Virus record (IMG/VR): IMGVR_UViG_3300020404_000127
Coordinates: 1-24,192 of that record
Length of the DNA: 24,192 bases
Strand: one strand, 5' to 3'
Source of the DNA: a virus
Taxonomy: Duplodnaviria > Caudoviricetes
Positions 9,601 through 18,071 of this stretch are shown piece by piece. A model generated the notes under the pieces. That model saw only the letters and a program-made list of their open reading frames with translations. It had not been told where the DNA came from and did no database searches. Numbering within the stretch: the stretch's first letter is position 1; every line of letters starts with the position of its first letter. The translations under genes and the position numbers were made by a program.

Positions 9601-12600
9601 GGTCAGGCAGTTTCTACAGGTGTTCTTCTTGGTAAGAATATCAAGTTACATAGACCATCTATTGTTAACTCATCATCACACACTTGGGAATTTGCAGGAT
9701 CAGGTACAAACTATCTTGCACTACCTGAGAACGGTGGTACAAAAGTAGAAGCATTTGAACAGGTTTCAGAACAGTATGGTCGTGTATATGTTTCTGGTAC
9801 TGACGAACTAGGAGACTTCAAGGTTGGTACATTTGCTAGAATTGAAAACAGAACTGGTGCGATTACCTTCACTGGTACAGTTACAATCTCTGAAGTTGAA
9901 TTCTTGAAACTAAAAGGTGGTGACGTTGTTGTTACTGGTTTCGATGCATCTAACACATTGGGTGGTGCTAACTCTAGTGACTCTAAACTACCTACACAGA
10001 AGGCAGTTAAAGATTACATCACTAACTCTTTAGGACCTTACATCAACAAACCTTTCTCAACCAACGCTGTTCCTAGAGCACTGGTTGAATTGACAGACTC
10101 TGGTAAGATATCAATTGACCAGATTCCAGCTCTAAGACCTTTCCAAGTCTTTACTGTTGCAGATCAGGCAGAAAGAACATCTCTAGAAGGTGCACTTGCT
10201 GGTGACATCGCTATCCAACAGGATACATCACAGTCATTCATCTTGAATAATGACCTCGAAAGTTTATTCTTAGGATTTGCAGTAGACACAAGTTTAGCAT
10301 TTACTATCGGTGATATCTTTGAAGGTAGTATATCTGGTGGTCGTATACAGGCAACAGAATATAGACAAGGTGTTGTATTCCAAATCAATATTACAAACGG
10401 TGGTTCTGGATATACTGTAGCACCTACAGTATCATTCTCAGGTGGTAACCCTGCTGCGGGTGCTGTATCAGCTGCTGCAACTTGTACGATTGCTAACGGT
10501 CAAGTTGTTACTGTTACTATCATTGACTTCAATGGATTCAAAGGTGGTAAAGGATACACCACACAACCAACTGTTACATTCTCTGCTCCTCCAGGCGCTG
10601 GTGCACAAGCACAGGGTAGTCCTTTAATTGAGAATAGATTATTTGGTAACATAGTCAACAACATTAAGATTGAAGATACTGATACTATTAATGATAGTAC
10701 AACACCAAGTGCAAATACAGTTAATATAAACAGAACTGTCAACACATCTTCATTCAATGTTAATAACTGGGTATCTCTATCATCTAACCAGATTGCTGCA
10801 TCAGATATTACATCAGGTGTTATTGAGACAGATAGATTAGCGTCAGGTGGTGCTGCAAACTCATTCACATTCTTAAGAGGTGACCAGAACTTTGCGTTAG
10901 CAGTTCAGTCAGTTAAGGGTGCTGAGACAAGATACTTTGCTAAGTTAGCAGCACAATGTAACTCTGGATCATCACAGATGATCTTTACTACAAACTCTGA
11001 TGTTCTTATTGGTCATGATGTATTGCAAGGAATTGCTGGTATTCAAGCAAATACAAATATTACTGGCGTAGTTACAGCTGCTGGTCTTACAACCATATCA
11101 CTTAATAATCCTGTAACTCAAAACATCCCACTAGCAACAATAATTGAGTTTGAACGTGGTCAATCACCAATAACATTTGAGTCTACATTTACTCAAGGTG
11201 GATTTATTGATGATGTTATAATTGCAAACGGCGGATCAGGATTTACAAACGGACAATACTTTGACCAACCTTTATCAGGTGGTACTGGTACAGGACTCAA
11301 AGCAAATATTGTTGTTGCTGGTAACGCAGTTACAGAAATTACTGTTACTGATGGTGGTACTGGATACAATGCAGACTTCTCAATTACAGTTGCACCTACA
11401 TCAATTGGTACAGGATCTAGTTTAGTATTGAACGCTAAGGTAAGTACAGTTAATAGACAGTATGCAAACGTATCATTTGATATTAACAGAGTTACAGACC
11501 TCACAATATCTGCTGACCTTTACGGTACAATTGGTGTTTCTAGATATAAGAAATCACAGTTTAATCTAGGTCAAGCAGGAAATGGATCAGTCGAGATTAA
11601 GATGGGTCCTGATAGTGGATTGGATGCTGACTTATTAGATGGACAGCAAGGTAGTTTCTACACAAGTGCATCTAACTTGTTCTCAGGAACAATACCATCA
11701 GACAGAATGTCTGGTTCATACAATATTGACGTTAGTGGATCTTCTAATAATACTATTAGATTACAGACAGGTACAAACAACCCCACATCAAACCCTGATC
11801 CAAATAGTTTTGTTGAAGGTGCTATTGCTAACACAGTATTCAACAGTTCTAATGGATTAGGAAGTGCATATCCTTCAGTTAACGTAGGTATTGGATCTGG
11901 AACCTCTACCAAGCACATGGTTCTAACTTTAAGAAACGGTGCATCTGGTTTTGACGCATCATTTGGTGGTGTAAGACAACTTGCATTTGCTAATGATGAC
12001 AACATGTATCTTCGTGGTTCTGGTAACGGAGTCAGCACATGGAACTCATGGGCAAAAGTCTGGTCATCATTAAATGATGGTGTAGATTCTGGATTAGACG
12101 CTGACAGATTAGACAATAGACAAGGTGACTGGTATCAGAATGCACTTAACATAAACTTTGGAACATTATCTGATAATAGACTTCCTAGATTTGTTAGTGA
12201 GACTAAGTTTAGAGATAAGATTACAATTAAGACTTTTGCTGGAGATCCTAAGTTTAGGATATACATCTCAGGTCAAATATTAAATACAGCACCGTTCATA
12301 CCTGGCGATCCAAACAACCCATCTGTAAACCTTTACAATGCTAACGCACAGGGTGTTGGTAGTTTTGTTATCGACAACGTTATCACAAATGATGATCCTA
12401 ACGATAACTTTAATGACTTTACAATTCTAATTGGTAGACTTACATCTGGTAATTTTGCTGGTGCTCTGACAGTTGGTACTGCATCTAACAGAGTAGAGTT
12501 TGATGACTTTACAATTGAAGATGGAAACACTGTAGAAGTAGCAAACTTACATAGTGACGGTGGTGTCGGACAGTTGCAACTAGGTAGAAAAGATGGTAAC

Positions 12601-14007
12601 GCAACTACACCTAGAATATTATTCAACTCATCTCAGTTAGCTGCTAGTTACAACGCTAAGATAGAAGCATCAGGTGGTAATGCATCTGCAGGATCTGGTT
12701 CTCTTAATGTTGACGTTGTAGATGCTGACGCATTTACAATTAGAAACCAAGTTGTTTGGAACCAAGGCAATATACAGTTCAGTAGTAGTAACACACCAAA
12801 CTACGCTGTACAACGTGATGGATCTGGTAACTTCTCTGCTGGAACAATCACAGCAAACTTAGTTGGTTCTGCATCACTTAACGTATTGAAGACTGGTGAT
12901 ACAATGACTGGTCAATTGAACATCACTGGTGGTGGTTCTGGATTACGTGTTGATGGTATTACAAACCTCAATAATTTCACTTTCGTTAACAATGATCTTA
13001 ATGTTGGTGGTAACTTATTTGTTGATGTATCTGCTAATGAGGTAGGTATAAACACTACAAATCCAGTTTCTACTCTCCATGTTCAAGGTGATAGTGGTAT
13101 CATGATCCGCACTAGCAGTAATAATACTGGTGCTCAAATTAGATTCAGTGATCATCAATCTGGATCGTATGCTCAACAAGGTAGATTATTCTATCAACAT
13201 GGTGATGCAGACGCTGGTTTTGGTGCTTACAACGAACAGTTCCAAATTGATGGTTCAGAAACATTATTAGGTTTCCGAGTGGTTGGTGATATTATTGCAT
13301 CTAGAAGAATGGGTGTTAATCTCACTCGTATACCAAACTATACTCTTGAAGTTAATGGTAATGCACAATTCCAAAGTGGTATTACCATTGACAGTGCAAA
13401 TGATAACTCTGGTGCACCAATATTCTTCTTAGGTTCTAACTCACAAAGAAACTTTAGAATTGGTAACCAGATTGGTCATGGTAATGCGTTTGAGATAACA
13501 CCATCTACAAACAATGGTGGTCAGAACTGGGATAGCACTCCTGCAATTTATGTAAGAGGTGATAGAAGAGTTGCTATCAATACATCAGCAATATCTGGTG
13601 TTGATTCTGAATCAAACACAACTAGAAGTTACTACTTAAATGTTCAAGGTGATATGAACATTAACGGACAGTTATTCCAAAATAACTCTGAGTTCGTAAC
13701 ATCTAGATGGACAGAAGCAAGTAATGGTAATGACATCTATAGATTGTCAAGAGTTGGAATTAATAAAGTTAATCCAACATATCAGTTACATGTTTCTGGA
13801 GATACTAACATAGAGAACGGTGCTCTATACGCTAATGGTGTTAGACAGTGGATCGACTCATTTGGTATATTCAAATCAAACAGTAACACTGTTGCTGAAA
13901 ATATAACAATTCCTGCAAATACTAACTGTGTTAGTGCAGGACCTATCACCATTGCTAACGGTTACACAGTCACTATAAATAATGGTGGTAACTGGGCTAT
14001 TGTATAA
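3652..14007 (+). CDS. Giant multidomain tail-fibre-like virion protein (3451 aa)
   Basis: Contains GGSGY-x-x-x-P-x-V repeats (about 3835-4050, 10380-10620, 11200-11450) and a beta-helix start motif (IYVSQTIGSDLNDGRS..PVRTIKKA..SGGDYVE). Also LDADLLDG/LDADRLDN fibre motifs, C-terminal (V/M)(G/A)(I/V)N...L.V.G trimeric-fibre repeats, and a terminal SAGPITIANGYTVTINNGGNWAIV motif. Confidence 0.85.
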   Translation: MAIHINSDKEKFRGDKPKLIGDSELTIRGGTGSDEKEILRTQLDTNTGLPRVGINRTGQRVNDIKIIAGGSGYISPPTVTIAAPANGVQAQGSAFIFNGQVVSVAVNNPGSGYTQAPLVTLSGGGGVGASVEALLDTVDFELDINGAIRTSTSIISDTARILNLDIDNFVTPNAAFRAPSLKTFINNSGTLWSPNIILQDNAYRYFGANVYQALNSGQTGSNAPTHTDGVAINGEVQFKHIGFRVVDQNAYGYSETGPAGEFPRSITPLLGDRSDKIATTEYVLNLATNDVGGRIYVSQTIGSDLNDGRSAVNPVRTIKKAAQLAWSTPGVKETLIVSGGDYVEDNPISLPPDASVVGDNLRLVIIRPANPGKHIFKFGDKNYVIGVTYRDKIDSNGDAVATWDFAMVFDDKQRVLIDKEANGDFGTSWPIGHQIFGPQQFRVTFQNNTGLATLVTGLQVVGVNTGARASIIAVKFDAETGASAFVNGTIDIKLDSGSFVEGEQFNYVTSVSHNNASPLSLTTSGTTAPNKITYTQDPTSVIPAGSYVYLSDVGNANFTASTGYYEVALIEPNDINTPTAWEVTFVPLLGSTGWNNVFTAQIETFTGTAVEQTLNSTSLKSIRAEGEVVSVDEDYTSSLPISRIDFSLQGDPSIATGGFQDEQFGNAEDLGGIVFFTNALVGRNNTHEFKNGQEILIEGLPTSNPDLSVLNGKQRIYKVIEDADGRCRRFVIPKKLPAITDANLDPGQFATVKSFTKSITLSLLNSPNSFPITTPVDRRFQDACTFLRNNREFISDEVLGIINAQFARLHYSVFDITGSSFKVFIGLAEQEHTYVSGGTVTFGGTTVNVTNFVYDNNVTGNATITTASPIAGLAEDDIIKLEGLTLECDAGQKIYPAYSAPSASGSDGDVQCKQDVVHFINAIIRDLEFGTNFNIIEAAKKYIVGGKIAFIQDEIIENVRAIEYARELAILAMRNWRTGNGTPSDPIYTPRYSSVPRYFDDTVITTTAGTPACANVAAAIDTLSFLWVDVISNNASGTYLDAAYLISRNKVLIADQALLDTEAYFPLLNLDDTGERKCRRDIRKILDGLIRDLVLGGNDGILTAAESYFTGTQLTGVQEAQRAPTLYAVERAKLYAIAAMRNWSDGNVATVTPNNSTYNSTSGELTVSFPNPAIPVSIGDSVAFKEDALNFSCTYNGVTANHPGPAKTDPSYGKSFNVSNLVSNATTTTITCNVGDAGVAAGVAHTFVSAITDGTIIIYNPTQLSSPIPKFEDWNILLDASYSGASGILSPTNATYNPNTGALELTVGSGHGVTTSNEVRIAADALTMTCAMDNNVTEHKYPQAGQPAYGNNRPVTATTATTITVDVGLAGGEQTFTPTDATYDPSTGLLVLNIGSGHGLDIDEGVVIEDDSLTFTCTMDNNQSQKTYPRASIDRIAGKSTPIVATTDETITVNVGISGANQTFTATNAQYDPNTGDMILTVGQHGLGVGRGIVILDNSLTFTCAQDGNATNHSYPRSTDPASGTSRSISAVGETQHTISDAPYTPGTGFITVTIANHNFQNGDYVKLDDNSLTYTCSLDNNATNHTYPRPTDFASGRWLQISQVTQNTFDINVGTTGNGGTHTFVSATSNGLKRQTGTLTVNVGTSSNTTNHTFVSATADGITHSPQSVHTFVSASADAVKIKPDAVHTFKRMDDNSVTVFTAGALPLCSNVATSINTIMGLLTDVLDGTTASGSTARTFGTLYDTALITTFPDSFLTDATGNKVAIRGDFDDFPIIEASPYTQNASVISFLGGGGALIDGSKVKQPNCPFPGLELDGTASFPNQGKSMVASAFTIVSFGGTGYKVIEDGYTQLVSVFVIFCQDGVLCETGGYASITNSATNFGTFALRGTGFRRECYSFDQGIISNVSATPTGRTILTVTGLGREPLEHYVGKIDGYKNTNVNIEYFIDVVAGVTVGPPFSAQLTFDDGTGGAMDLTDLSTGQAVSTGVLLGKNIKLHRPSIVNSSSHTWEFAGSGTNYLALPENGGTKVEAFEQVSEQYGRVYVSGTDELGDFKVGTFARIENRTGAITFTGTVTISEVEFLKLKGGDVVVTGFDASNTLGGANSSDSKLPTQKAVKDYITNSLGPYINKPFSTNAVPRALVELTDSGKISIDQIPALRPFQVFTVADQAERTSLEGALAGDIAIQQDTSQSFILNNDLESLFLGFAVDTSLAFTIGDIFEGSISGGRIQATEYRQGVVFQINITNGGSGYTVAPTVSFSGGNPAAGAVSAAATCTIANGQVVTVTIIDFNGFKGGKGYTTQPTVTFSAPPGAGAQAQGSPLIENRLFGNIVNNIKIEDTDTINDSTTPSANTVNINRTVNTSSFNVNNWVSLSSNQIAASDITSGVIETDRLASGGAANSFTFLRGDQNFALAVQSVKGAETRYFAKLAAQCNSGSSQMIFTTNSDVLIGHDVLQGIAGIQANTNITGVVTAAGLTTISLNNPVTQNIPLATIIEFERGQSPITFESTFTQGGFIDDVIIANGGSGFTNGQYFDQPLSGGTGTGLKANIVVAGNAVTEITVTDGGTGYNADFSITVAPTSIGTGSSLVLNAKVSTVNRQYANVSFDINRVTDLTISADLYGTIGVSRYKKSQFNLGQAGNGSVEIKMGPDSGLDADLLDGQQGSFYTSASNLFSGTIPSDRMSGSYNIDVSGSSNNTIRLQTGTNNPTSNPDPNSFVEGAIANTVFNSSNGLGSAYPSVNVGIGSGTSTKHMVLTLRNGASGFDASFGGVRQLAFANDDNMYLRGSGNGVSTWNSWAKVWSSLNDGVDSGLDADRLDNRQGDWYQNALNINFGTLSDNRLPRFVSETKFRDKITIKTFAGDPKFRIYISGQILNTAPFIPGDPNNPSVNLYNANAQGVGSFVIDNVITNDDPNDNFNDFTILIGRLTSGNFAGALTVGTASNRVEFDDFTIEDGNTVEVANLHSDGGVGQLQLGRKDGNATTPRILFNSSQLAASYNAKIEASGGNASAGSGSLNVDVVDADAFTIRNQVVWNQGNIQFSSSNTPNYAVQRDGSGNFSAGTITANLVGSASLNVLKTGDTMTGQLNITGGGSGLRVDGITNLNNFTFVNNDLNVGGNLFVDVSANEVGINTTNPVSTLHVQGDSGIMIRTSSNNTGAQIRFSDHQSGSYAQQGRLFYQHGDADAGFGAYNEQFQIDGSETLLGFRVVGDIIASRRMGVNLTRIPNYTLEVNGNAQFQSGITIDSANDNSGAPIFFLGSNSQRNFRIGNQIGHGNAFEITPSTNNGGQNWDSTPAIYVRGDRRVAINTSAISGVDSESNTTRSYYLNVQGDMNINGQLFQNNSEFVTSRWTEASNGNDIYRLSRVGINKVNPTYQLHVSGDTNIENGALYANGVRQWIDSFGIFKSNSNTVAENITIPANTNCVSAGPITIANGYTVTINNGGNWAIV
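5995..8841 (+). repeat. Two helical repeats in the giant protein (about 5995-6750; and 6772-7080 plus 8770-8841)
   Basis: Paired motifs: DACTFLRNNREFI / DAAYLISRNKVLI; QCKQDVVHFINAIIRDLEFGTN / KCRRDIRKILDGLIRDLVLGGN; AIEYARELAILAMRNW / AVERAKLYAIAAMRNW; PACANVAAAIDTL / PLCSNVATSINTI. Confidence 0.8.
7093..8760 (+). repeat. Five ~90-110-aa beta repeats (TxATYxPxTG..HG..LTFTC..YP..TITVNVG..HTFVSA)
   Basis: Repeat starts near 7093, 7516, 7771, 8035 and 8257. HTF motifs at 7384, 8518, 8608, 8662 and 8716. Confidence 0.85.
13974..13981 (+). promoter_or_regulatory. T4-type late promoter TATAAATA
   Basis: Perfect consensus inside the last codons of the giant gene, 38 nt upstream of the 14020 ATG. 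Confidence 0.65.
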
Positions 14008-14019
14008 AGGATTCAAAAG

Positions 14020-14775
14020 ATGGCAGGTATTTTAAAAGTAGACCAGATCCAAAACACCGCTGGTGTTAATATAATGGATCTGCAAAACGATAATTTGAGA
14101 ATATGGAACGGAAGTGGTTATTCTGAGATGACAACTCCTGGTGCTTTAATTGGCATTCAGACATTTACATCACAGAATGGAAACTGGGCAGATAGATCAA
14201 CCTCTGGTGGATCTGGTACATGGACAAAACCATCTGGTTGTAATCATGTATTAGTTTACGTCACTGGTGGTGGAGGTGGTTGTCGTTGTAATGATAACAA
14301 CTATCGTGGAGCTGGTGGTGGCGGTGGAGCTACTGCTATCAGATACATTGATGTTTCTAATGTAAACAGCGTCAACTACACATATGGTGGTGGCGGTGGT
14401 TATGCTCGTAATGGTGGTCGAGGAGGAACAGGAGGAACTTCATCCTTTGGTTCTTACGTATCTGCATCTGGTGGACAAGGTGGTTACACTGATAACCCAT
14501 ATGAAGGAGGAAGAGGTGGTGACGCCTCTGGTGGAGACATAAACCTACCTGGCGGACCTGGCGAAATGTCACATGGTTCTAACAGAGAAGGTTGTAGTGG
14601 ATCTACATTCTGGCATAAGGCGGGATCAAACCATCATAACTCTAGTAATGGAGCAGAAAGCACACATGGACAATGGGGTTCTGGTGGTGCTTATGGATAT
14701 TATTCACAAAATGGATATGCACATAATAATGGCAACGGTGGTGCTGGTTGCGTAATCGTATGGGAGTATACCTAA
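14020..14775 (+). CDS. Glycine-rich fibre-tip / adhesin-like protein (251 aa)
   Basis: N-terminal MAGILKVDQI motif, then QTFTS..SGTWTKPSG..VLVYVTGGGGG, many poly-Gly tracts and a C-terminal GNGGAGCVIVWEY. This is the pattern of phage glycine-rich domains. AAGGA Shine-Dalgarno-like sequence upstream. Confidence 0.75.
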   Translation: MAGILKVDQIQNTAGVNIMDLQNDNLRIWNGSGYSEMTTPGALIGIQTFTSQNGNWADRSTSGGSGTWTKPSGCNHVLVYVTGGGGGCRCNDNNYRGAGGGGGATAIRYIDVSNVNSVNYTYGGGGGYARNGGRGGTGGTSSFGSYVSASGGQGGYTDNPYEGGRGGDASGGDINLPGGPGEMSHGSNREGCSGSTFWHKAGSNHHNSSNGAESTHGQWGSGGAYGYYSQNGYAHNNGNGGAGCVIVWEYT

Positions 14776-15128
14776 TGTATCAAGTACTTGTAAATAAAAA
14801 TAACGGAACTGTACTTCAGTTTGTAAATGGTGGATCAGACAAACAGTTTGAGGTACATGAAGATTTCATTTGGATTCCCTATTCAGATGAAATAGATAAA
14901 GGTTGTGGTGAATCTGACTATGAATATAATAGAGCAACAAATCAATTACAAAAAATAGTTCGTGAACCAACGCCTTATGATCTTGCTCGCAAACAGGAAT
15001 ATCCAGATTTTGCAGAGCAATTAGATATGCTATATCATGACATGGAATCTGGTGTTGTGCCAGGTAAAGAGAAATCTGAATGGTTTGCGAAAGTGAAAGA
15101 AGTTAAAGAAAACAATCCAAAACCATAA
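14775..15128 (+). CDS. Small fibre-associated, tail-fibre-assembly-like protein (117 aa; start revised to ATG 14775)
   Basis: TAATG stop/start overlap with the upstream gene. The C-terminal YDLARKQEYPDFAEQLDMLYHDM..W..KVKEVK..NPKP motif is commonly found after phage fibre genes. The chaperone role is inference. Confidence 0.6.
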   Translation: MYQVLVNKNNGTVLQFVNGGSDKQFEVHEDFIWIPYSDEIDKGCGESDYEYNRATNQLQKIVREPTPYDLARKQEYPDFAEQLDMLYHDMESGVVPGKEKSEWFAKVKEVKENNPKP

Positions 15129-15131
15129 ATA
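15124..15131 (+). promoter_or_regulatory. T4-type late promoter CATAAATA
   Basis: Fits the NATAAATA consensus, overlaps the upstream stop codon and lies 24 nt before ATG 15156. AGGA Shine-Dalgarno-like sequence in between. Confidence 0.7.
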
Positions 15132-15155
15132 CAATTATAGGAAAGTAGTGTAACC

Positions 15156-16442
15156 ATGTCTCAGTTAACAGTTGGAACAGTTCTTACAGGAAATGCGAGT
15201 TTAACGACGCAAGGTCTTAAACTGCCATCCTTTAATAACTCGAATAGACCAGCATCGCCAAACGTAGGTCAGTTAATCTTCAATACATCTGAAGGTAAAG
15301 CACAGATCTGGAATGGATCTGACTGGGATGAAGTTGGTGGTGGTATTCCAGAACCAGCTGATGTAACTAGAGGTTCGTATCTAGTATCTGATGGTAGTAA
15401 CGGTGTTTTCTGGGCGTATCCTGGTCAGACTGTTGCATCTGCTCCTCTTACAGGATTCAGATATAGGAGTTTGATAACACACGGTTATCTGGTGGCGGGG
15501 TATAAAGGATCTAATCCTTGGAGAACGGTTAATAAAACATGGCATGCGAATGATATTACTTTCTATTGTGGAGAACAACTAACTAGAGCACTTACCTATG
15601 CTGACTGTACATGGAGTGATTACTTCGGGTATGGTCATGGTTGCGTTAACGCATTCACGGGATCCTCTAACTTTACAGATTCGATCAACCTACACACAGG
15701 TATGAGACGAATGTTTGGTACTACAGGAAGTAATCCTGGCGGTGGTACTTACTCTCCAACCTCACCATATGGTTGGGAAGGAGACGATCCTAGAGGAGTT
15801 ATGGGATATACAACTGTTGGTGGTTGGAATATGCCAGTTAACCGAGATAGAAACTCAACTGCTACTGCACAGGTACAGCAGTTTGGTTACAACTTAGGTG
15901 GAGGTAACTCTGCTGTAGGTAAACTTCACTACTCATCCGAGATCATGTATCAGGTAGGTAACTCACCATCTGGTAATGACCACACTGCATCTTGTGGTGA
16001 TGAGAATAGATCTTGGGTATCCTTCCGTGGTAGTAGATACTACGTCAATCATTCCAATGACAGTTGGGCTGGTTGGTCTTCCAACATGGCACCTGATGGA
16101 GTTTGTAAACCACTTCCTTCTAAGTGGGGTCACTTCTATTGTGGTACTGGTAACAATGTTACATCACCTTGGACTAAATACAGTGGATCATCTGGAGCTG
16201 GTCTTAAGAACGGAACTAAGGTTCGTGCTTATGGTGAAGAAAATATGATGATGGGACAAGACAAAGGATACATGATGGGACAATATGATGGTCAGCAGAA
16301 CAACCATACAACTAAGTGGGACTACTCCACTGACGTTGAAACAAATATGCCAGCTGCTACTAGACCAAAAGGACATTATGGAACATCTTCTGGTGGTTGC
16401 TGTTCAGCATCCGCTTCTGTAACTGCTAAACGAGCACAATAA
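15156..16442 (+). CDS. Short fibre / receptor-binding-like protein with probable beta-propeller C-terminus (428 aa)
   Basis: N-terminal fibre motif LKLPSF..RPASPNVGQLIFNTSEGKAQIWNGSDW. The C-terminal G/S/N/Y/W-rich region has Kelch-like blade signatures (GYLVAGY, GYGHG, GYNLGGG, GYMMGQYDG). Confidence 0.6.
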   Translation: MSQLTVGTVLTGNASLTTQGLKLPSFNNSNRPASPNVGQLIFNTSEGKAQIWNGSDWDEVGGGIPEPADVTRGSYLVSDGSNGVFWAYPGQTVASAPLTGFRYRSLITHGYLVAGYKGSNPWRTVNKTWHANDITFYCGEQLTRALTYADCTWSDYFGYGHGCVNAFTGSSNFTDSINLHTGMRRMFGTTGSNPGGGTYSPTSPYGWEGDDPRGVMGYTTVGGWNMPVNRDRNSTATAQVQQFGYNLGGGNSAVGKLHYSSEIMYQVGNSPSGNDHTASCGDENRSWVSFRGSRYYVNHSNDSWAGWSSNMAPDGVCKPLPSKWGHFYCGTGNNVTSPWTKYSGSSGAGLKNGTKVRAYGEENMMMGQDKGYMMGQYDGQQNNHTTKWDYSTDVETNMPAATRPKGHYGTSSGGCCSASASVTAKRAQ

Positions 16443-17251
16443 TGAGATACTTAATCGTCAACGAAAAAGAAATCAATCCAGATCAGTTTGTAAACATGAC
16501 TGCTTCTGGAGATACCAGACTGCACTACAGCGAAATGTTCTCGTTGATGCATTTCTCATGTGTAGAAGTCAGTGAAACAGTTTTTCAAACTATATCTAAA
16601 GAATGGGAACACAAATACTTAGAGGTCACAAAAGCACAAGCGTTTAACGGATCAAACTTCTTCTCAGAAATTAGACCATTTGGTAAAGTTGCTGCATCAG
16701 TTGATTCATCTGGTTATGCGTGGACTCCTGCTAACCCAGTTTTAAAAGTACCCATCGAACTTACAGATGCAATTAAGAAGGAAGTTGTAGACTTCATGGT
16801 ATATTTTGCAAAAGAAATTATTGAAGATGAATATAATACACGTTTTTTAAATCTTAAAAACACCACAGATTTAGAGCAAGCATCTTGGGAGATTCAAAAA
16901 CACGAAGCAAGAGAATGGTTAGCAAACAAAGGATTGGGTGGTAGTAAAACTCCTTTCTTAGATTACCTATCTAATGAAAGACATATTGATAAAGACACTC
17001 TTTCTAATAAAATACTTAAAAATGCAGAGGCATACGAAGATAAACTCTCTACAATGTTAGTAGAATACCAGACATTACTAAAGAAATTTGAAAATGCTGA
17101 TTCTGTATGGGACCTAAATATATTATATGAAGATCACATTGGTATTATGATGCCTCAGAAGCAAGCGATTGAGATGGGGAGAACAAAATCTGATACTGAC
17201 TGGGATCGAAAACCAGAGTATGAGGTAGAACCCTATGTCTTTAAATTCTGA
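16442..17251 (+). CDS. Hypothetical protein with tail-fibre-assembly-like C-terminal motif (269 aa)
   Basis: TAATG overlap with the upstream gene. EQASWEIQKHEAREWL...TPFLDYLSNER..DKDTLSNKILKNAEAY resembles the E..(S/T)W..Q..EA..W...TP.L....R.....L..K motif of fibre-adjacent phage proteins, recognised from memory. Confidence 0.55.
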   Translation: MRYLIVNEKEINPDQFVNMTASGDTRLHYSEMFSLMHFSCVEVSETVFQTISKEWEHKYLEVTKAQAFNGSNFFSEIRPFGKVAASVDSSGYAWTPANPVLKVPIELTDAIKKEVVDFMVYFAKEIIEDEYNTRFLNLKNTTDLEQASWEIQKHEAREWLANKGLGGSKTPFLDYLSNERHIDKDTLSNKILKNAEAYEDKLSTMLVEYQTLLKKFENADSVWDLNILYEDHIGIMMPQKQAIEMGRTKSDTDWDRKPEYEVEPYVFKF

Positions 17252-18071
17252 CGCTAATTTTTCAGATATTATTGCAGACGTTAAAAATATAATAAGTTCA
17301 GACACAAACGAAATACACTTATCAAAGTCATTTGTAGATGAGTTCGCACTCACTAAGAAAGACTTTGATGTCTTGTCTGCGTCTATGCGTTTTGATAGTG
17401 GTATGACAGAGTATGAGTGTGAGCACTTTGTCGCTGATCCACAATTAACTCCATGGAGAAAGGTTCGTCAAGCACTGATGGAACTGGAAACAAGATACCA
17501 TGCATACATGGAGAATAGAAATAGTCTTAGAAAAGCAGAAATTCTCAGGAAAAGATTGAACAGAGATATGCCAGAACTACCTGACGAACTTGATAGAGAG
17601 TTGATGCAGATAGATATGGAAAAAAATGATTATGACATTGGTATCTGGAAAAGAAAACTTAGACAATCTGAACTAGAGTTAAAGTATTTCTTAAATGTTG
17701 TTGACAAATATGTTGATGACGACCATCCACTTGAGTATTACTGTAAAGAAAATCATCAGGAAGTAAGAATGTATTGGATTGCTCGTATGGGCAAACAAGC
17801 AGCAATGGATATTATTTCTTATGGTAGAATTGGTTCTGGTAACATGACTACAATTATGGATATGCCAGAGGAAGATCAGGTAGAGACACTTGGTGTTGCT
17901 GTTAAGTATTCTGGTATGATTGGTGGTGGTATTGATAAGTTAAATAAAATGATCGCACCGCAGTTACAAGCACAGTTGGCACAGGAAGGTATAGTAATGC
18001 CTAAACTGTTAGAACATAAATATAGTGGACAGGGTGAAAACCAGTACAAATTACAAGGGGAAAATGGATAG
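17235..18071 (+). CDS. Hypothetical alpha-helical / coiled-coil protein (278 aa)
   Basis: GAGGT Shine-Dalgarno at 17222 and a 17-nt overlap with the upstream gene. Charged heptad-like segment RKVRQALMELETR...RKLRQSELELKYF. Confidence 0.75.
   Translation: MSLNSDANFSDIIADVKNIISSDTNEIHLSKSFVDEFALTKKDFDVLSASMRFDSGMTEYECEHFVADPQLTPWRKVRQALMELETRYHAYMENRNSLRKAEILRKRLNRDMPELPDELDRELMQIDMEKNDYDIGIWKRKLRQSELELKYFLNVVDKYVDDDHPLEYYCKENHQEVRMYWIARMGKQAAMDIISYGRIGSGNMTTIMDMPEEDQVETLGVAVKYSGMIGGGIDKLNKMIAPQLQAQLAQEGIVMPKLLEHKYSGQGENQYKLQGENG

Noticed and set aside
1161-12626. Numerous 60-152-aa minus-strand ORFs under the structural genes
   Set aside because: They are antisense shadows of the strongly biased + strand codons (GGT/ACN/GTT). 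They have low-information V/P/S/T/A composition and no motifs.
14200-14760. GGTGGT/GGCGGT runs as a possible DNA repeat array or Chi-like elements
   Set aside because: Explained by poly-glycine coding. There is no constant repeat-spacer structure.
16174-17120. Intragenic CTAAATA motifs near 16174 and 17114 as extra late promoters
   Set aside because: They are imperfect matches inside coding sequence, far from starts, and expected by chance in AT-rich DNA.
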